NCBI GenBank assembly: GCA_951406725.2
Contig: OX597827.1
Location: forward strand, 74,276,001 to 74,340,000
Direction of reading: 5' to 3'
Source: Octopus vulgaris
Taxonomy: Eukaryota
DNA length: 64,000 nt
The notes beneath the pieces were generated by a model. It saw only the letters and a program-made list of their open reading frames with translations, was not told the DNA's origin and did no database searches. A program made the position numbers and the translations under genes. The first letter of the stretch is position 1; every line of letters begins with the position of its first letter. Below are positions 40,727-54,548 of this stretch, in pieces.

Positions 40727-41309
40727 CTGAGATAAAAAAACATTAGCCATGAATTGCTATTTTAAGAGTTTTATGATATAGTATGGATGACTTAATATGC
40801 TAGATATTGTTATTTGTTTTAGCATTACATACACTAGATAGAAATGTGTATATACTTGATTCTTCATTGTATTTCAACGTGGATCAATGAAATGTCACTA
40901 TAGATAATAAGATGAAAGTATTCGGGTAAAATCAAATCCGATGAAATATCAAATATAGATAATTATAAAGAATCACAAGCAGACAAACGACTTCCTTCCG
41001 CAACTTTTGCATACGTCCTCTCCCTATATCAGAAATTGTGTTTAATGGCGATAGAGTTATCAATGAATGAAAGTTTGGTAAGAAGCTTGCTTCCCAACCA
41101 TATGGATCCGGGTTGGGACACCTAGAATCGCACAACGGCTAACAACATACAGAACGGATGTACACTGGTGATGATGATTGTTAATGATACCTAATCTCAT
41201 TGAAATTACGTTTTTAACATGGATATTATAGCCTATCCTTTAGTTCAATCGATTTCTGTATGTCTTCTTCAAGTATTCTCATCTACCTTATATATATGAT
41301 GAATATATA

Positions 41310-42510
41310 CAGAGGTTGGACAAAATAATGGAAACGCCTACTATTATAGCATCAAAATTTTGAAATATCTATAAAAACCATCAAAAAATTATTTTTATAT
41401 ATTTTCTGATTTATTATTATTGTCGCATAATATGTCTTGCTAAAATTGCGGTTTCTTTTCAGTTACCATTAGAAAAAGGTAATTAAAATCCATTAAAATA
41501 ACACATCTATTGGACTTTCAAAGAGGTCGAATTATTGGTGCTCATATGACAGGTGCTAGCATAACAAAAACAGCCGAAATGTTTGGTTTATCAAGAAGTA
41601 CTGTCCTGAAAGTAATGCAGCCTTTGAGAAAGTGGGAAAAACTTCTTCTTCGAAACAAAACTCCGGAAGAGAACCAAAACTTTCAGATAAGGACACTTAC
41701 GCGAATTGTTAGAATAGATCACAAAAGTACAGTTCCCAAAATTCTTGCAGAGCTAAAGAACCACCTTGAGAATCCTGTTTCAACAAAAACTGTTTGCCGA
41801 GAGCTGCATAAAGCCGGATTTCACGGGAGTGCTTATTCTGAAAACCACTACTTCCAAAATCAAACGTCGCAATGTTTTTAGGGTGGAGTAAAAACTACAG
41901 AATTGGTCCTAGAGCATTCTTTACCCTATTTCCGACCACCGGTTGAGTATACTTGTGGAGAGAGCCAAAAGGAGCAAGAACCATTTGCCATCTTCCAACT
42001 GTTAACTATGGAGGAGGATCTGTGATGATCTGGGTTAGGGATATATCTTGGAAATTCCCCGGCCCAATTGTTTCCCTTCATGGCAGAATTAATGGTAAAG
42101 GCTATTTAAACATTTTATCTAATCAAATTCATCCTATGGTTGCGGAACTGTTTCCTGAGGGAAACGCAATCTTTCTGGATGATGATGCACCAATTCATAC
42201 AGCTAAAGTTGTTACTGAATGGCAGGAGAAACATTCTAGTGAAGTGAAGTTCATCGGGTCACCAGTGTCCCCTGATCTCAATATTATTGATCATTTATTG
42301 TGCATTTTATAAAAACAAGTTAAGAGCCGATATCCTCCACCATATCGATATTAAAACTACAAGAAATGGAGATTGTTTTTGTTGACGAATGGACAAAAAT
42401 ACCTTTGGAAACAATTCAAAATTTGTACGAGTCCATACCTCGTAGAATTGAAGGTGTAATTACTGTCAAAGGCGGTCCTACCCCATATTAAGATAATTTG
42501 TTTAAAAGTT
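41310..42510 (+). mobile_element. Tc1 element lacking the 3' TIR (unit 10)
   Basis: 5' TIR; DFQRGRIIGA..TAEMFGLSRSTV; PTVNYGGGSVMIW..IFLDDDAPIHTA..SPDLNII. Confidence 0.9.
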
Positions 42511-42677
42511 ACATGTGTGTGTAAGCTATATATATGTGTGTATTACACTGATACGTATGTATGTACATATTATATACATACACACACATATATATATATT
42601 CACATGTATATATATAGACATATATATATATATAAGCATAAATACATATATATATATATATTTATACTCCCCCCCCC

Positions 42678-42750
<73 letters not shown>

Positions 42751-43011
42751 ATGCATAAATACATATACATGTATATGTACAAATACATATCCATACATAT
42801 ATACAGCATACATACAAGCATAGAACCCATATATCTCAATATATCTCGATATGAATTCACGAAGTATTTAATGAATCTAAGTTTGGAAAATAAACTGGTT
42901 AGTCTGCGTCTCCATTACCACGTTAATGAAATGAAAGGAAAGATAAAATAAGAATCTGATGCAGAGATTTAAACATAATTTTATGAAATATTTCATAGTT
43001 TCATATCACAC

Positions 43012-43146
43012 TTTGTTGACAAAAGGCGCCTCTATATCCAGCAAAACATCCGTCTGAGCATTCTCCAGTTATTCTGTCGCAGTTTTCGTCATCGATACAA
43101 TGACATGTCCTTCCACAATTCTTACCAAATCTACCAGCTTCACATT
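43012..43146 (-). CDS. EGF exon B10 (not in the ORF track)
   Basis: AG ... |GTgtga; CEAGRFGKNCGRTCHCIDDENCDRITGECSDGCFAGYRGAFCQQ, read manually. Confidence 0.88.
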
Positions 43147-43407
43147 CTGAAAATATTAATACAAAACGCAATAGGTTAGATATTATTAGCTCCGCACAAT
43201 AAAAGTTATGGCTGTAAGAGCTCTCATCTACAAATATATGTGAGATATCAAAGACACGACTTTTTATTATCTTATCTTAAAGCATAACTCATGAGTTAAC
43301 GTTGAATTAGTCTTTGATGATAAATAGGAAAGTTGATTTACGCTAAGAAACACTAAATCAAATGTAGAGAATTTTAATATGCTGGAATAAAAAGTATTGG
43401 AAATAAC

Positions 43408-43446
43408 CTTCTTGGCAGTTGTATCCGGTGTATCCTGCTTCACACA
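43408..43446 (-). pseudogene. Truncated exon A10 (same breakpoint as A8)
   Basis: gcttcacaca|aaagcgctcag junction identical to the one at 38378. Confidence 0.85.
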
Positions 43447-43745
43447 AAAGCGCTCAGTACACACTGTAAAGTGTTTCATGTTAATAAGAGCATCCAGCTA
43501 CAGAAACCCTGCCAAAGCAGACACAGTAGCTTGGCGCAGTCCTCTGCACTCATTGGGACACTAAGAACCTCACACCGGCTACCAACATACAGAACGGATG
43601 TCAAATGGTGATGATGATGATGAAACCTAGTCTCATTGAAATGAAGTTTTTAACATGGATATTATAGCCTACCCGTTAGTTCAATCGATTTCTGTATGTC
43701 TTCTTCAAGTCTTCTCATCTACCTTATATCTATGATGTATATATA

Positions 43746-44909
43746 CAGGGGTTGGACAAAATAATGCAAACGCCAACTATTATAGCATCAAAATTTTGAA
43801 ATATCTATAAAAACCATCAAAAACTTATTTTTATATATTTTCTGATTTATTATTGTCGCATAATATGTCTTGCTAAAATTGCTGTTTCTTTTCAGTTACC
43901 ATTAGAAAAAGGTAATCAAAATTCATTAATATAACAGTTCTATTGGACTTTCAAAGAGGTCGAATTGTTGGTGCTCATATGACAGTTGCTAGCATAACAA
44001 AAACAGCCGAAATGCAAGAATACTTTGAAAGTAATGTGGAAAGGGGAAAAACCTCCTCTTCGAAATAGAACTCCGGAAGAGAACCAAAACTTTCAGATAG
44101 GGACTCCTACGCGAATTGTTAGAATGGATCACAAAAGTACAGTTCCCAAAATTACTGCAGAGTTCAATGACCATATTGGGAACCCTGTTTCCACAAAAAA
44201 CTCTTTGCAGGGAGCTGCACAAAGCCGGATTTCACGTGAGGGCTACAATCAGAAAACGACTACTTTCAAAATCAAACATCGCAAAGCGTTTAGAGTGGAG
44301 TAAAAAACTACAGAATTGGTCCTTAGAGCACCCTTTCCCTTACTTCCGACCACCGGTCGAGTATACGTCTGGAGAGAGCCAAAAGGAGCAAGAACCATTT
44401 GACCCAGACTGCTTTCTTCAAACTGTTAAACATGGAGGAATATGTGGCAGAATTAATAGTAAAGGCTATTTAACCATTTTATCTGATCAAATTCCTTATA
44501 TGGTTGCAGAAAAGTTTCCTGAGGGAAACGCAATCTTTCAGGATTATAATGCACCAATTTACACAGCTAAAGTTGTTTCTGAATGGCAGGAAAAACATTC
44601 TAGTGATGTTGAAAAATTCATCGGGTCACCACAGTCCCCAGATCTCAATATTATTGAGCATTTATTGTGCATTTTATTGAAGCATGTAAAGAGCCGATAC
44701 CCTACACCATATCAATATCATCGCTACAAGAAATGGAGATTGTTTTAGCTGAAGAATAGACAAAACCTCCTTTGGAAACAATTCAAACTTTGTACGAGTC
44801 CATACCCCGTAGACTTGAAGGTGTAATTACTACCAAAGGCGGTCCTACCCTATATTAAGATAATTTGTTTAAAATTTCAAGATGTTTCCATTATTTTGTT
44901 CAACCCCTG
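43746..44909 (+). mobile_element. Tc1 element, both TIRs (unit 11)
   Basis: Near-identical to 38678-39828. Confidence 0.92.
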
Positions 44910-45282
44910 TATTTATGTATACGCACACACACACGTATATATATATATTAGTGTGTTACATAATTATTGTGTATATACATATATAAATACATGTATTTAC
45001 ACACACACACACATATAAATATATATACGTAAATACATATATATGTATATGTAATAATACATACACATACATCCATACATATATACAACATAAATAGGAA
45101 CGCATGCATCCAACATATCTCAATATGAATTCACGAAGCATTTAATGAATCTAAGTTTGGAAAATATATTGGTTATAAACCAGTATAGTTCTCATCATGA
45201 AATAAACGGAAACATAAAGTAAGAATCAGATGCAGAGATTTAAACATAATTTTAAGAAATGTATCATAGTTTCATATCATAC

Positions 45283-45417
45283 TTTGTTGACAAGAGGATC
45301 CTGTATATCCATCAGAACATCCACCTGAGCATTCTCCAGTTATTCTGTTGCAGTTTTCGTCATCGATACAATGACATGTCCCTCTACAATTGCTACCAAA
45401 TCTACCACCTACACATT
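45283..45417 (-). CDS. EGF exon B11
   Basis: AG/GT intact; same peptide as B9. Confidence 0.9.
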
Positions 45418-45681
45418 CTGGAAATATTAATACAAAACACAATAGATTAGATATTATTAGCTCCACACAATAAAAGTTATGGCTGTAAGAGCTCTCATCT
45501 ACAAATATATGAGAGATATCAATGACATGCTTTTTTATAATCTTATCTTAAAACATAACTTATGAGTTAACATTGAAGTAGTCTTTGATGATAAATAGGA
45601 AAGTTGATTTACGCTAAGAAACACTAAATACTTAACACTAAAGAATTTTAAAATGTTGGAATAAAAAGTATTGGAAATAAC

Positions 45682-45810
45682 CTTCTTGGCAGTTGTATCC
45701 GGTGTATCCTGCTTCACACACTCCTGAACACGATCCATTTATGTGGTTACATGTTGCGTTACAATGACAGGACTTTGTGCATTTGGGACCAAATTTACCA
45801 TTGTGACATT
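45682..45810 (-). CDS. EGF exon A11
   Basis: AG/GT intact; same peptide as A9. Confidence 0.88.
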
Positions 45811-46395
45811 CTGAGATAAAAAAAAACATTAGCCATGAATTGCTATTTTAAGAGTTTTATGATATAGTATGGATGACTTAATATGCTAGATATTGTTATT
45901 TGTTTTAGCATTACATACACTAGATAGAAATGTGTATATACTTGATTCTTCATTGTATTTCAACGTGGATCAATGAAATGTCACTATAGATAATAAGATG
46001 AAAGTATTCGGGTAAAATCAAATCCGATGAAATATCAAATATAGATAATTATAAAGAATCACAAGCAGACAAACGACTTCCTTCCGCAACTTTTGCATAC
46101 GTCCTCTCCCTATATCAGAAATTGTGTTTAATGGCGATAGAGTTATCAATGAATGAAAGTTTGGTAAGAAGCTTGCTTCCCAACCATATGGATCCGGGTT
46201 GGGACACCTAGAATCGCACAACGGCTAACAACATACAGAACGGATGTACACTGGTGATGATGATTGTTAATGATACCTAATCTCATGGAAATTACGTTTT
46301 TAACATGGATATTATAGCCTATCCTTTAGTTCAATCGATTTCTGTATGTCTTCTTCAAGTCTTCTCATCTACCTTATATCTATGATGAATATATA

Positions 46396-47582
46396 CAGAG
46401 GTTGGACAAAATAATGGAAACGCCTACTATTATAGCATCAAAATTTTGAAATATCTATAAAAACCATCAAAAAATTATTTTTATATATTTTCTGATTTAT
46501 TATTGTCGCATAATATGTCTTGCTAAAATTACTGTTTCTTTTCAGTTACCATTAGAAAAAGGTAATCAAAATTCATTAATATAACAGATTTATTGGACTT
46601 TCAAAGAGGTCGTATTGTTGGTGCTCATATGACAGGTGCTAGCATAACAAAAACAGCCGAGATGTTTGGTTTATCAAGAAATACTATTCTGAAAGTAATG
46701 CACCCTTTGAGAAAGTGGGAAAAACCTCCTCTTCGAAATAAAACTCCGGAAGAGAACCAAAACTTTCAGATAGGGACTCCTACGCGAATTGTTAGAATGG
46801 ATCACAAAAGTACAGTTCCCAAAATTACTGCAGAGTTCAATGACCATATTGGGAACCCTGTTTCCACAAAAAACTGTTTGCAGGGAGCTGCACAAAGCCG
46901 GATTTCACGTGAGGGCTACAATCAGAAAACGACTACTTTCAAAATCAAACGTCGCAAAGCGTTTAGAGTGGAGTAAAAAACTACAGAATTGGTCCTTAGA
47001 GCACCCTTTCCCTTACTTCCGACAACCGGTTGAGTATACGTCTGGAGAGAGCCAAAAGGAGCAAGAACCATTTGACCCAGACTGCTTTCTTCAAACTGTT
47101 AAACATGGAGGAATATGTGGCAGAATTAATAGTAAAGGCTATTTAACCATTTTATCTGATCAAATTCCTTATATGGTTGCAGAAAAGTTTCCTGAGGGAA
47201 ACGCAATCTTTCAGGATTATAATGCACCAATTCACACAGCTAAAGTTGTTTTTGAATGGCAAGAAAAACATTCTAGTGATGTTGAAAAATTCATCGGGTT
47301 ACCACAGTCCCCAGATCTCAATATTATTGAACATTTATTGTGCATTTTATTGAAACATGTAAAGAGCGGATACCCTACATCATATCAATATCATCACTAC
47401 AAGAAATGGAGATTGTTTTAGCTGAAGAATGGACAAAACTTCCTTTGGAAACAATTCAAACTTTGTACGAGTCCATACCCCATAGACTTGAAGGTGTAAT
47501 TACTACCAAAGGCGGTCCTATCCCATATTAAGATAATTTGTTTAAAATTTCAAGATGTTTCCATTATTTTGTTCAACCCCTG
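46396..47582 (+). mobile_element. Tc1 element, both TIRs (unit 12)
   Basis: TIRs with TA flanks; frameshifted transposase; shares an internal deletion with units 9 and 11. Confidence 0.92.
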
Positions 47583-47978
47583 TATTTATGTATACACACA
47601 CACACACACACACGTATATATATATATATATATATATGTATATTAGTGTGTTACATAATTATGTGTGTATATACATATATAAATACATGTATTTACACAC
47701 ACACACACATATAAATATATATACGTAAATACATATATATGTATATGTATAAATACATACACATACATCCATACATATATACAACATAAATAGAAACGCA
47801 TGCATCCAACATATCTCAATATGAATTCACGAAGCATTTAATGAATCTAAGTTTGGAAAATATGTTGGTTATAAACCTGTATAGTTCTCATCATGAAATA
47901 AACGGAAACATAAAATAAGAATCAGATGCAGAGATTTAAACATAATTTTATGAAATGTATCATAGTTTCATATCATAC

Positions 47979-48113
47979 TTTTTTGACAAAAGTAGCCTCT
48001 ATATCCAGCAGAACATCCATCTGAGCATTTTCCAGTTATTCTGTTGCAGTTTTCGTCGTCGATACAATGACATGTCCCTCCACAATTGCTACCAAATCTA
48101 CCAACTTCACATT
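47979..48113 (-). CDS. EGF exon B12
   Basis: AG/GT intact; CEVGRFGSNCGGTCHCIDDENCNRITGKCSDGCSAGYRGYFCQK. Confidence 0.9.
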
Positions 48114-48374
48114 CTGAAAATATTAATATAAAACACAATAGATTAGATATTATTAGCTCCACACAATAAAAGTTATGGCTGTAAGAGCTCTCTTTTATAA
48201 ATATATGTGAGACATCAATGATACGCTTTTTTATTTTCTTACCTTAAAGCATAACTTATGAGTTAACGTTGAAGTAGTTTTTGATGATAAATAAGAAAGT
48301 TGATTTACGCTAAGAAACACTAAATCAAATGTAAAGAATTTTTAAATGTTGGAATAAAAAGTATTGGAAATAAC

Positions 48375-48503
48375 CTTCTTGGCAGTTGTCTCCGGTGTAT
48401 CCTGCATCACACACACCTGGACACGATCCATTTATGTGGTTACATGTTTCGGAACAATGACAGGACTTTGAGCATTCGGGACCAAATTTACCAATGGGAC
48501 ATT
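48375..48503 (-). CDS. EGF exon A12
   Basis: AG/GT intact; CPIGKFGPECSKSCHCSETCNHINGSCPGVCDAGYTGDNCQE. Confidence 0.88.
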
Positions 48504-49090
48504 CTGAGATAATAAAAAAAACATTAGCCATAAATTGCTATTATAAGAGTTTTATGACATAGTATGGATGACTTAATATGCTAGATATTGTTATTTCTTT
48601 TAGCATTACAGAAACGAGATAGAAATGTGTATATACTTGATTCTTCATTGTATTTCAACGTGGATCAATGAAATATCACTATAGATAATAAGATGAAAGT
48701 ATTCGGGTAAAATCAAATCCGATGAAATATCAAATATAGATAATTATAAAGAATCACGAGCAGCCAAACGACTTCCTTCACCATCTTTTGCATACGTCCT
48801 CTCCCTATAACAGAAATTGTGTTTAATGGCGATAGAGTTATCAATGAATGAAAGTTTGGTAAGAAGCTTGCTTCCCAACCATATGGATCCGGGTTGGGAC
48901 ACCTAGAATCGCACAACGGCTAACAACATACAGAACGGATGTACACTGGTGATGATGATTGTTAATGATACCTAATCTCATTGAAATTACGTTTTTAACA
49001 TGGATATTATAGCCTATCCTTTAGTTCAATCGATTTCTGTATGTCTTCTTCAAGTCTTCTCATCTACCTTATATCTATGATGAATATATA

Positions 49091-50290
49091 CAGAGGTTGG
49101 ACAAAATAATGGAAACGCCTACTATTATAGCATCAAAATTTTGAAATATCTATAAAAACCATCAAAAAATTATTTTTATATATTTTCTGATTTATTATTA
49201 TTGTCGCATAATATGTTTTGCTAAAATTGCTGTTTCTTTTCAGTTACCATTAGAAAAAGGTAATTAAAATCCATTAAAATAACACATCTATTGGACTTTC
49301 AAAGAGGTCGAATTATTGGTGCTCATATGACAGGTGCTAGCATAACAAAAACAGCCGAAATGTTTGGTTTATCAAAAAGTACTGTCCTGAAAGTAATGCA
49401 GCCTTTGAGAAAGTGGGAAAAACCTCCTCTTCGAAACAAAACTCCAGAAGAGAACCAAAACTTTCAGATAGGGACTCTTACGCGAATTGTTAGAATGGAT
49501 CACAAACGTACAGTTCCCAAAATTCTTGCAGAGCTAAAGAACCACCTTGAGAATCCTGTTTCCACAAAAACTGTTTGCCGAGAGCTGCATAAAGCCGAAG
49601 TTCACGGGAGTGCTTATTCTGAAAACCACTACTTCCAAAATCAAACGTCGCAATGTTTTTAGGGTGGAGTAAAAACTACAGAATTGGTCCTAGAGCATTC
49701 TTTACCCTATTTCCGACCACCGGTTGAGTATACTTGTGGAGAGAGCCAAAAGGAGCAAGAACCATTTGCCATCTTCCAACTGTTAACTATGGAGGAGGAT
49801 CTGTGATGATCTGGGTTAGGGATATATCTTGGAAATTCCCCGGCCCAATTGTTTCCCTTCATGGCAGAATTAATGGTAAAGGCTATTTAAGCATTTTATC
49901 TAATCAAATTCATCCTATGGTTGCGGAACTGTTTCCTGAGGGAAACGCAATCTTTCTGGATGATGATGCACCAATTCACACAGCTAAAGTTGTTACTGAA
50001 TGGCAGGAGAAACATTCTAGTGAAGTGAAGTTCATCGGGTCACCAGTGTCCCCTGATCTCAATATTATTGATCATTTATTGTGCATTTTATAAAAACAAG
50101 TTAAGAGCCGATATCCTCCTCCATATCGATATTAAAACTACAAGAAATGGAGATTGTTTTTGTTGACGAATGGATAAAAATTCCTTTGGAAACAATTCAA
50201 AATTTGTACGAGTCCATACCTCGTAGAATTGAAGGTGTAATTACTGTCAAAGGCGGTCCTACCCCATATTAAGATAATTTGTTTAAAAGT
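49091..50290 (+). mobile_element. Tc1 element lacking the 3' TIR (unit 13)
   Basis: Near-identical to 41310-42510. Confidence 0.9.
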
Positions 50291-50454
50291 TACATGTGTG
50301 TGTGAGCTATATATATGTGTGTATTACACTGATACGTATGTATGTACATATTATATACATACACACACATATATATATTTACATGTATATATATAGACAT
50401 ATATATATATAAAGCATAAATACATATATATATATATATATTTATACTCCCCCC

Positions 50455-50503
<49 letters not shown>

Positions 50504-50766
50504 ATGCATAAATACATATACATGTATATGTACAAATACATATCCATACATATATACAGCATACATACAAGCGCATAGAACCCATATATCTCAATATATC
50601 TCGATATGAATTCACGAAGTATTTAATGAATGTAAGTTTGGAAAATAAACTGGTTAGTCTGCGTCTCCATTACCACGTTAATTAAATGAAAGGAAAGATA
50701 AAGTAAGAATCTGATGCAGAGATTTAAACATAATTTTATGAAATATTTTATAGTTTCATATCACAC

Positions 50767-50901
50767 TTTGTTGACAAAAGGCGCCTCTATATCCAGCAAA
50801 ACATCCGTCTGAGCATTTTCCAGTTATTCTGTCGCAGTTTTCGTCGTCGATACAATGACATGTCCGTCTACAATTGCTACCAAATCTACCACCTACACAT
50901 T
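50767..50901 (-). CDS. EGF exon B13
   Basis: AG/GTgtga; CVGGRFGSNCRRTCHCIDDENCDRITGKCSDGCFAGYRGAFCQQ. Confidence 0.9.
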
Positions 50902-51164
50902 CTGAAAATATTAATACAAAACACAATAGATTAGATATTATTAGCTCCACACAATGAAGTTATGGCTGTAAGAGTTCTCTTCTACAAATATATGAGAGAT
51001 ATCAATGACATGCTTTTTTATAATCTTATCTTAAAACATAACTTATGAGTAAACATTGAAGTAGTCTTTGATGATAAATAGGAAAGTTGATTTACGCTAA
51101 GAAACACTAAATACTAAACACTAAAGAATTTTAAAATGTTGGAATAAAAAGTATTGGAAATAAC

Positions 51165-51293
51165 CTTCTTGGCAGTTGTCTCCGGTGTATCCTGCATCAC
51201 ACACACCTGGACACGATCCATTTATGTGGTTACATGTTTCGGAACAATGACAGGACTTTGTGCATTTGGGACCAAATTTACCATTGTGACATT
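51165..51293 (-). CDS. EGF exon A13
   Basis: AG/GT intact; CHNGKFGPKCTKSCHCSETCNHINGSCPGVCDAGYTGDNCQE. Confidence 0.88.
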
Positions 51294-51878
51294 CTGAGAT
51301 AAAAAAAAACAATAGCCATGAATTGCTATTTTAAGAGTTTTATGATATAGTATGGATGACTTAATATGCTAGATATTGTTATTTGTTTTAGCATTACAGA
51401 CACTAGATAGAAATGTGTATATACTTGATTCTTCATTGTATTTCAACGTGGATCAATGAAATGTCACTATAGATAATAAGATGAAAGTATTCGGGTAAAA
51501 TCAAATCCGATGAAATATCAAATATAGATAATTATAAAGAATCACGAGCAGACAAACGACTTCCTTCCGCAACTTTTGCATACGTCCTCTCCCTATATCA
51601 GAAATTGTGTTTAATGGCGATAGAGTTATCAATGAATGAAAGTTTGGTAAGAAGCTTGCTTCCCAACCATATGGATCCGGGTTGGGACACCTAGAATCGC
51701 ACAACGGCTAACAACATACAGAACGGATGTACACTGGTGATGATGATTGTTAATGATACCTAATCTCATTGAAATTACGTTTTTAACATGGATATTATAG
51801 CCTATCCTTTAGTTCAATCGATTTCTGTATGTCTTCTTCAAGTCTTCTTATCTACCTTATATCTATGATGAATATATA

Positions 51879-53078
51879 CAGAGGTTGGACAAAATAATGG
51901 AAACGCCTACTATTATAGCATCAAAATTTTGAAATATCTATAAAAACCATCAAAAAATTATTTTTATATATTTTCTGATTTATTATTATTGTCGCATAAT
52001 ATGTTTTGCTAAAATTGCTGTTTCTTTTCAGTTACCATTAGAAAAAGGTAATTAAAATCCATTAAAATAACACATCTATTGGACTTTCAAAGAGGTAGAA
52101 TTATTGGTGCTCATATGACAGGTGCTAGCATAACAAAAACAGCCGAAATGTTTGGTTTATCAAGAAGTACTGTCGTGAAAGTAATGCAGCCTTTGAGAAA
52201 GTGGGAAAAACCTCCTCTTCGAAACAAAACTCCAGAAGAGAACCAAAACTTTCAGATAGGGACTCTTACGCGAATTGTTAGAATGGATCACAAACGTACA
52301 GTTCCCAAAATTCTTGCAGAGCTAAAGAACCACCTTGAGAATCCTGTTTCAACAAAAACTGTTTGCCGAGAGCTGCATAAAGCCGAAGTTCACGGGAGTG
52401 CTTATTCTGAAAACCACTACTTCCAAAATCAAACGTCGCAATGTTTTTAGGGTGGAGTAAAAACTACAGAATTGGTCCTAGAGCATTCTTTACCCTATTT
52501 CCGACCACCGGTTGAGTATACTTGTGGAGAGAGCCAAAAGGAGCAAGAACCATTTGCCATCTTCCAACTGTTAACTATGGAGGAGGATCTGTGATGATCT
52601 GGGTTAGGGATATATCTTGGAAATTCCCCGGCCCAATTGTTTCCCTTCATGGCAGAATTAATGGTAAAGGCTATTTAAGCATTTTATCTAATCAAATTCA
52701 TCCTATGGTTGCGGAACTGTTTCCTGAGGGAAACGCAATCTTTCTGGATGATGATGCACCAATTCATACAGCTAAAGTTGTTACTGAATGGCAGGAGAAA
52801 CATTCTAGTGAAGTGAAGTTCATCGGGTCACCAGTGTCCCCTGATCTCAATATTATTGATCATTTATTGTGCATTTTATAAAAACAAGTTAAGAGCCGAT
52901 ATCCTCCACCATATCGATATTAAAACTACAAGAAATGGAGATTGTTTTTGTTGACGAATGGACAAAAATTCCTTTGGAAACAATTCAAAATTTGTACGAG
53001 TCCATACCTCGTAGAATTGAAGGTGTAATTACTGTCAAAGGCGGTCCTACCCCATATTAAGATAATTTGTTTAAAAGT
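51879..53078 (+). mobile_element. Tc1 element lacking the 3' TIR (unit 14)
   Basis: Near-identical to 49091-50290. Confidence 0.9.
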
Positions 53079-53242
53079 TACATGTGTGTGTGAGCTATAT
53101 ATATGTGTGTATTACACTGATACGCATGTATGTACATATTATATACATACACACACATATATATATATTTACATGTATATATATAGACATATATATATAT
53201 AAGCATAAATACATATATATATATATTTATACCCCCCCCACC

Positions 53243-53287
<45 letters not shown>

Positions 53288-53549
53288 ATGCATAAATACA
53301 TATACATGTATATGTACAAATACATATCCATACATATATACAGCATACATACAAGCGCATAGAACCCATATATCTCAATATATCTCGATATGAATTCACG
53401 AAGTATTTAATGAATGTAAGTTTGGAAAATAAACTGGTTAGTCTGCGTCTCCATTACCACGTTAATTAAATGAAAGGAAAGATAAAATAAGAATCTCATG
53501 CAGAGATTTAAACATAATTTATGAAATATTTTATAGTTTCATATCACAC

Positions 53550-53684
53550 TTTGTTGACAAAAGGCGCCTCTATATCCAGCAAAACATCCGTCTGAGCATT
53601 TTCCAGTTATTCTGTCGCAGTTTTCGTCGTCGATACAATGACATGTCCATCTACAATTGCTACCAAATCTACCAGCTTCACATT
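53550..53684 (-). CDS. EGF exon B14
   Basis: AG/GTgtga; CEAGRFGSNCRWTCHCIDDENCDRITGKCSDGCFAGYRGAFCQQ. Confidence 0.9.
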
Positions 53685-53945
53685 CTGAAAATATTAATAC
53701 AAAACGCAATAGATTAAATATTATTAGCTCCACACAATAAAAGTTATGGCTGTAAGAGTTCTCTTCTACAAATATATGTGAGACATCAATGATACGCTTT
53801 TTTATTATCTTATCTTAAAACATAACTTATGAGTTAACGTTGAAGTAGTCTTTGATGATAAATAAGAAAGTTGATTTACGCTAAGAAACATTAAATCAAA
53901 TGTAGAGAATTTTAAAATGTTGGAATAAAAGGTGTTGGAAATAAC

Positions 53946-54074
53946 CTTCTTGGCAGTTGTATCCGGTGTATCCTGCTTCACACACTCCTGGACACGATCC
54001 ATTTATGTGGTTACATGTTAGGGAACAATGGCAGGGCTTTGCGCAATTACGACCAAATTTATCGCTGAGACATT
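53946..54074 (-). CDS. EGF exon A14 (first array exon in transcript order)
   Basis: AG/GT intact; CLSDKFGRNCAKPCHCSLTCNHINGSCPGVCEAGYTGYNCQE. Confidence 0.88.
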
Positions 54075-54424
54075 CTGAAATAATAAAAACAATATTAGCC
54101 ATAAATTGCTATTATAAGAGTTTTATGACATAGTATAGATGACTTAATATGCTAGATATTGTTATTTCTTTTAGCATTACAGACACTAGATAGAGATGAG
54201 TATATACTTGATTCCTCATTGTATTTCAACGTGGATCAATGAAATGTAACCACAGAGAATGAGATGAAAGTATTCGCGTAAAATAAAATTCGATGAAATA
54301 TCAAATATAGATAATTATAGAGAATCACGAGCAGACAAAGGACTTCCTTCAGGATCTTTTGCATACGTCGTCTCCCTATATCACAAATGGTGTTCAGTGG
54401 TGATAGAGTTATTAATGAATGATA

Positions 54425-54548
54425 GTTTGGTAAGAAGCTTGCTTTCCAACTATATGGATCCGGTTTCAATCCCACTGCATGTCACGTTGTGCATATGTCT
54501 TCTATTATAGCGTCGGGCTGACCAAAGCCTTGTTAGTGGATTTGGTAC
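54425..54548 (+). mobile_element. tRNA-derived SINE head at the right edge of the array (empty site for the Tx1-like insertion)
   Basis: gtttggtaagaagcttgctttccaac..ccggtttcaatcccactgc..gggctgaccaaagccttg. Confidence 0.75.
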
